64,000 nucleotides of DNA, from positions 41,416,001-41,480,000 of the forward strand of contig OX597818.1 of the NCBI GenBank assembly GCA_951406725.2. Reading direction: 5' to 3'. Below the pieces are notes generated by a model. It saw only the letters and a list, made by a program, of their open reading frames with translations. It searched no databases and was not told the DNA's origin. The translations under genes and the position numbers were made by a program. Origin of the DNA: Octopus vulgaris (taxonomy: Eukaryota). This document shows, piece after piece, positions 57,387 through 64,000 of this stretch. Position 1 is the first letter of the stretch. Every line of letters begins with the position of its first letter.

Positions 57387-57622
57387 GTCTGTGTGTGTGT
57401 GTGTGTGTGTGTGTTTGTCCCCCTAGCATTGCTTGACAACCGATGCTGGTGTGTTTACGTCCCCGTCACTTAGCGGTTCGGCAAAGAGACCGATAGAATG
57501 AGTACTGGGCTTACAAAGAATAAGTCCCGGGGTCGATTTGCTCGACTAAAGGCGGTGCTCCAGCATGGCCGCAGTCAAATGACTGAAACAAGTAAAAGAG
57601 TAAAAGAGTAAAAGAGTAAAGA
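57190..57622 (+). mobile_element. SINE family A, young subfamily, full length
   Basis: Intact A-box tggctgtgtgg, B-box ggttcagtccc and a three-unit gtaaaaga tail. Confidence 0.9.
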
Positions 57623-58131
57623 GAGAGTAGGACCATTTCTTGATAAGGTGTTCTTTATTTCGTAAAATACAATAAAAACAAATCAAAATATTTTTTTGTC
57701 TGACATTACACTCGCAAGGAATAAAAATGTCGAGTACGTCGGCTTTCAGTATATGAGTGGTACTTTGTTAGGTACCCGTAAATATGGATAAAAGGTGAAG
57801 TCGATCAGGCCGGGATTTGAACTCGAGAAAATAGAGAGCCAGAGCTAAACAGCGCGTGCGGCATTTTGTACCCATGCTCTAAGGATTTTAATAATTCTAT
57901 CAGAGAGAGAGAGAGAGAGAGAGGTATATCATGCATGTATATAGATATTTATTATATACATATGATATACATATAATTATTATATATTTATAGTTTATGT
58001 GTATATATATGTATTGTATAGAGTATGTAGTAGATATATATGTACGTATATGCGTGTGTGTGTGTGTATATATATATATATACTCACACACACACACACA
58101 CATGACAGATACTAGAAATGTATACACACAC

Positions 58132-58169
<38 letters not shown>

Positions 58170-58204
58170 GCACTATCATATATAATATAATATATTTTAT
58201 ATGC

Positions 58205-58237
<33 letters not shown>

Positions 58238-58249
58238 TATACATATTTT

Positions 58250-58298
<49 letters not shown>

Positions 58299-60263
58299 GG
58301 ATAGATAGATAGATAGATAGATAGATAGACGGACAGACATTTTAAATTTTTTTATCGCAAAATGTAAAAAAAAATTAGTCTTTCCTGTAACCGTTTTTCT
58401 TCGTTTAAAATTTTGCAACTAATTTCTACTCACACATACACACTCGTATATACGTGTGTGTACGTGTGCGCCAGAGAGTGTATGTGTGTGCAAGTGACTG
58501 TTTACGCGTGCGCGCATTTAAAAATTTCTTTTAAATTTTTAAATTTGAGCGGGATGGGAGATATGTGTGTGTGTGTATGTGTGTCTGTAAAGTGATTTAA
58601 TTCCACCAAAGCTTCGTAGAGTAAAAATAACAATATATAACAACATATACCATCATATATAAATTTTTTTGTCAACTTTTCCGTTTTTTTTGTGTTTTGA
58701 AAAATTTAAATTGGTGTGAGTAAAAAGAAATCAAAGTTTTAAAATTTTAAAATAAAATTTTATATTTTTCGTTATTTTCTTCACTTTTTTCATTCAAATT
58801 AAATTTAATTCATTTTATTCTTCAAACGAGCTGATGTCGCTAATCTGTCCTTTTTCCATGTTGCACTTCTCCTGGTTTTGTTCGTTGGTTGGTTGGTTGG
58901 TGGTGACTTGTGGTTGGTGTTTCTTATTTGGTGACGCTTGTTTGTTGTTTAGTGTGTGACTCGTATTCGTCGTTACTGCTTTGCTGGTGCTGGTGCTGCT
59001 GCTGCTACCGGTGTTGTTGTTGCTAGTATTAATAGTGATGATGTTGGTGTTGGTGTTGTTGACTGTGCTGCTGGTGGTGGCGGACTTCCGCGCTCCTCTT
59101 CCTGGATTTATTATATATTTATTGTATATTTTTTTCATTCTATTTATTTTATTACATGCAACAAAAAAACAAAAAACATACACGCACATACAAAACTGCT
59201 TTCTTGATTTTAATATTTTTACCTTTAATTTTTACATTTATTTCTAACATTATTAGAAGTTTTTTTTTTCTCCTCTTTATATACATTTCTATATTTTCAT
59301 TTTTTTAAAGAAAAGAAGACACAACAAAAACGTTATTTTTTGGTATTTTAGCTAAGGTGTTTTATGATTTTTTCCTTAGTAAAAATACTATATTTTTATA
59401 CGTATTTTAGTGGATTTCATTACGGCTATTTTCTCTCTCTCTTCCCCTCTCTCTTTCTCTCTTCATTTTTCTATTTTATTTTGCCATATATTTCTTTTTC
59501 TATTCAATTTATTTATTTGTTTATTTATTCATTTATTCATACAGCCCCTTTTTTTATTTTCAAGGCGAGGGTTTGTAAACCTTCCATTGAGGATGTTGGT
59601 TTAGCTTTTCTGCTTGTTTGTTTGTTTTCATGCTTTATGCTTAATCCATACACACACGCGCGCGCGCGCGCGAACACACAGTGCATCACTCCTAAGCTTA
59701 ATATTTTTATTATTATTTGTATATCCTTTGAAGAAGCGGGCTTCTGGGAGAGACAGACAGACACAGAGAGAGCACGGTCGTCTGCCGTTTTATTGGTCGC
59801 CATCATTTGTTTGGTTGGTGTGGAGTGTGACAACAGTCAGTCAGTCACTGCTCTACATATTTCAATGGTTTTTATTATATTTTTTTCTGCGTGCATATTT
59901 TTTTCGTTCATTTTTCTTTTTCTTTTTCGCTACGCTATTGTTTTCTTTTTTTTTTGTCCTTTTGTTTGTTTGTTTTGAACATTGGTTTATTTTATTTGTT
60001 TCTACTTCTCGTCCATACACTCCTAAAAACACACATATATATACATGCACAGACGCACACATACATACATATATATACACACATACACACACATCCCTGG
60101 CTTTCTCTCTCTCCCTCTCCCCCGCCCTCTCTTCCCTCTCTCTCTCTCATATATACATATATATTAACTGTGACTTCGAAGTTTCGCCTAACGTGTTGTG
60201 TATTCAAACGTCTCCGTATCTTTCCATGCTAATCTCTCATTTCTTTCTCTCTATCTACATCTG

Positions 60264-60327
<64 letters not shown>

Positions 60328-60332
60328 TAGAT

Positions 60333-60363
<31 letters not shown>

Positions 60364-60517
60364 TAAAGAGAGAGAGAGCCACATACACACTTACACAGAC
60401 ACACACACACACACCTAAGCTTTCATAATCCTCATAGATTCTCCCAGTATCTCCTCACTTCTTCTCGTCTGTTTGCTTTTCTCTAATTTCTAATCTTCCG
60501 TCGCTTCTACTCTTATT

Positions 60518-60585
<68 letters not shown>

Positions 60586-61111
60586 TTTCCAGGTTTCCCC
60601 TCTTTCACTCTCTCCCACTCTCCCCTTCTCTCTCTCGTTCCTTTTCTGAATTCTTCATCTTATCCTTATCTCTCTCCTTTTCATTTCGTTTCCTTTCTTA
60701 TCCCTTCCAACCTATCTATCTCATATTTCTATATTGGCTCAACGAAGCAACCTCTAAGTAATCTGTCTCTTCGCAAGAAATAACAGCAACATTTCCCTCA
60801 AACCACATCCTTCCGTCTTACAAAACAAAAAGCCAAAACATACACTGGGTAATGCAATCAGGGGTACATTAAATTTGAAAAACAAAAATAATGGGATTCG
60901 ACATGGCTGGAAAACCTAACTTCATAAGGTCTGCTCCATCAGAGCCGACTTCAAGCTCAAAACAATAACATTAGCTCAGTATTTTCTACACTAACCCCTC
61001 CTTTTGTTCCCTTTTCTCCATTTCCCCTTTAATTTTCAATTTTCTAAATGTATTCTTCCGTACATCCCTTCATCGCTCTCTATCACCCACTCTCGCTCTC
61101 CATCTTTCCAT

Positions 61112-61161
<50 letters not shown>

Positions 61162-61214
61162 GTTTGTCTGTCTGTCTATCTATCTATCTATCTATCTATC
61201 TGTTTGTCTGTCTG

Positions 61215-61266
<52 letters not shown>

Positions 61267-61428
61267 CCTATCTATCTCTATCTAACTAACTATCTATCTA
61301 TCTCTATCTATCTATCAATCATCTTTCTCCCTCTTTTCGCTCTTATCTCCTACTCTCTATCCTTTTCTTTTAACTCCCTCCTTTATTCATCCCTACTTAT
61401 ATCTATCTCTCTCTTTCTCCTATCCTGT

Positions 61429-61469
<41 letters not shown>

Positions 61470-61532
61470 AATACTGTATATATATGTAGATAGACAGATA
61501 GACATACCCACATTCACGCACAAACACACACA

Positions 61533-61576
<44 letters not shown>

Positions 61577-61825
61577 CATACCTTTTGTTTTACTTGCTTC
61601 ACTCATTGGACTTCGGCCATGCTGAGGCACTGCTGTGAAGGCTTTAGTCGAACACATTGACACCAGTACTTACTCTATCGATCTCTTTTTAGCGAAGCGC
61701 TAGCTTACGAGAACATAAAGCGGTAATGGGCGACAAACATACACACGAAGACACACACACACATACAAATATATATGTATATACTGAAACAAGTAAAAGA
61801 ATAAAAGAATGTATATATATATATA

Positions 61826-62010
61826 AGCGCAGGAGTGGCTGTGTGGTAAGTAGCTTGCTAACCAACCACATGGTTCCGGGTTCAGTCCTACTGCGTGGCA
61901 TCTTGGGCAAGTGTCTTCCGCTATAGCCCTGGGCCGACCAATGCCTTGTGAGTGGATTTGTTAGACGGAAACTGAAAGAAGCCTGTCGTATATATGTATA
62001 TATATATATG

Positions 62011-62086
<76 letters not shown>

Positions 62087-62297
62087 CGTGTTTGTGTGTC
62101 TGTGTTTGTCCCCCTAGCATTGCTTGACAACCGATGCTGGTGTGTTTACGTCCCCGTCACTTAGCGGTTCGGCAAAGAGACCGATAGAGTAAGTACTGGG
62201 CTTACAAAGAATAAGTCCCGGGGTCGATTGCTCGACTAAAGGCGGTGCTCCAGCATGGCCGCAGTCAAATGACTAAAACAAGTAAAAGAGTAAAGAG

Positions 62298-62298
<1 letters not shown>
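61826..62298 (+). mobile_element. SINE family A, young subfamily, full length
   Basis: Shares diagnostic variants with the 50732 and 57190 copies. Confidence 0.9.
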
Positions 62299-62329
<31 letters not shown>

Positions 62330-63045
62330 ATATACTACTTATTAAATCGGTCTCTTTTGCTGAACCGCTAAGTTACGGGGACGTACACACACCGACATCG
62401 GTTATCAAGCTATGGTGGGGGGACAAACACAGACACACACACACACACTGTATTCAAATGTTGATTTTTGTCAGATAAATGAAGAGGGATTCAATAAATG
62501 TCAGAGAATATGGTTTATATGAATTGAATTCGTTTCTCCTTAAAAGCTTTCCAGTTATGACCACCATTTCATAGTGCTTTCAACTGTACGTCTCACGCTA
62601 CATTATTCAATATCTAATAGATATAGGCGTAGGCGTGGCTGTGTGGTAAGAAGTTTGCTTACCAACCTCATGGCTTTGAGTTCAGTCCCACTGCAAACCA
62701 CTTTGGGCAAGTGTTTTCTATTATAGCCCCAGGCCGACCAAATAGTGGATTTGGTAGACATAAATTGAAAGCGGTTTCAGTCATTGAACTGAGGCCTTCC
62801 TGGAACACCATATTGAAAGCCTCAGTCGAACACATCAACGCAGTATTTTGCTCTATCGCTCTCACTCTCTCACTCTCTCTCTCTCTCTTTCTCTCTCACT
62901 CTCCCCCCCTCTCTCTCGCCGTATCGCTGAGTTATGGGGACGTAAACAAATCAACACCGGGTTCCACTTGATGGGGGAACAACCAGAAAGACACACACAC
63001 ACACACACACACCCAAACATATATATATATATATATATATATATA

Positions 63046-63425
63046 CTAGTAGTATCGCCCGGCGTTGCTCGGGTTTGTAAGGGAAATAACTATATAAGCA
63101 TTTTTAGAGATGTAAAGTATAATAGCCATCTCAATATGGCTAACCACAAAGGGTGGGGTATTACTGTAGCTTTTTACGTTCTGAGATTTGATAATAAATT
63201 TTTAGAGAGTTACTTCCCTTATATATGCCAAAAATGCATTAAAAATGGGAAAAATTGATGGTAATTTTTTTTTAAATCGTAGACTCATCGTAGACGCGCG
63301 CTAATACCCAGAAGGGCTCGATATGAATCACGACTATAAGATACCCGGTTTTGGTTAAACTGCACCGCAAAATGTGGGAGTAGTTAGGAATCTAAATCGT
63401 AGGAGACAGACAGCACACAACCTCA

Positions 63426-63440
<15 letters not shown>
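63046..63440 (-). mobile_element. Non-autonomous Helitron (same family as 11147-11543)
   Basis: Same 3' hairpin plus CTAG and same body; the 5' end dissolves into (TA)n. Confidence 0.8.
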
Positions 63441-63490
<50 letters not shown>

Positions 63491-63497
63491 GTATATA

Positions 63498-63728
63498 CAG
63501 GGTTGGCCAAAAGTCACCCGACAGTAAATCAAAATTCCATAAATACTGCCTGTATTTCTGTATTGACTCGAATGGGAAAATGTGTCGCTCAAAAGACTTC
63601 AGTTTGAAGAATTTTCATGGTGTTTCATGTTTAGATGCTTTTATTAAATCCATTCAGTTATTAAACATAAATAAATCATGCAATTAAATGGGTTTGATTT
63701 ACTGTCTGGTGGCTCTTGGCCAACCCTG
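63498..63728. mobile_element. Tc1/mariner-type MITE (231 bp)
   Basis: Imperfect ~35-bp TIRs cagggttggccaaaagtcacccgacagtaaatcaaa / tttgatttactgtctggtggctcttggccaaccctg, with TA on both sides. Confidence 0.85.
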
Positions 63729-64000
63729 TATATATATATATATATATAGCGGCGTACGTACACCCTTGCGCTTACCTTATAGTAGGTATGTATCTAAATT
63801 TTGTACGACTCTTACTTTATCTTTTATTCCCCCTCTCATTTTTCTTCCTTTCTCTCTCTCTCCTGCCTCTCTCACATTTCTTGGCTCTCTCTTTCTTTAA
63901 CTCCCACTATTTCCCACTCATTTATCTCCCCTGCACCTTTCCCTTTGTCTCTGATTTTTTTCTAATCCTCCAATCCCTACCCATCTCTCCTCCTTCTACG

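Noticed and set aside
58815-58862. MEKGQISDISSFEE resembling a beta-thymosin start
   Set aside because: A stop codon follows immediately and there is no LKKT motif.
59821-59833. 13-nt identity to the 5' end of vertebrate miR-122 (UGGAGUGUGACAA)
   Set aside because: The match stops at 13 nt, the stem is too short for a canonical pre-miRNA, and miR-122 is vertebrate-restricted; likely chance.

Overview
Eukaryotic, AT-rich, microsatellite-saturated genomic DNA; the repeat content and gene look like an octopus (coleoid cephalopod), which is an inference. The only supportable protein-coding content is three internal + strand exons of choline acetyltransferase (ChAT): 10409-10589, 31049-31226 and 31881-32092. 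They have canonical AG/GT sites and splice in frame. I did not find the 5' exons or the catalytic-His exon, so the rest of the window is probably ChAT intron. That space holds at least three tRNA-derived SINE families (one with a MetaSINE-like core), 3' remnants of CR1, RTE and HERO-like LINEs, mariner and maT-like transposase relics, a Tc1/mariner MITE, and non-autonomous Helitron/Helentron-like elements. Nearly all ORFs in the supplied track are microsatellite translation artefacts. The most interesting unannotated signal is a set of type I hammerhead-ribozyme-like motifs of the Penelope-associated kind. Four copies of a ~200-bp element carry the same non-canonical core (A6U plus an extra A), and three unrelated loci have canonical CUGANGA/GAAA cores. 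There are also several perfect hairpins, SINE concatemers with a fixed junction, and a cluster of CRE palindromes around the ChAT exons. All family assignments are by eye; no searches were run.
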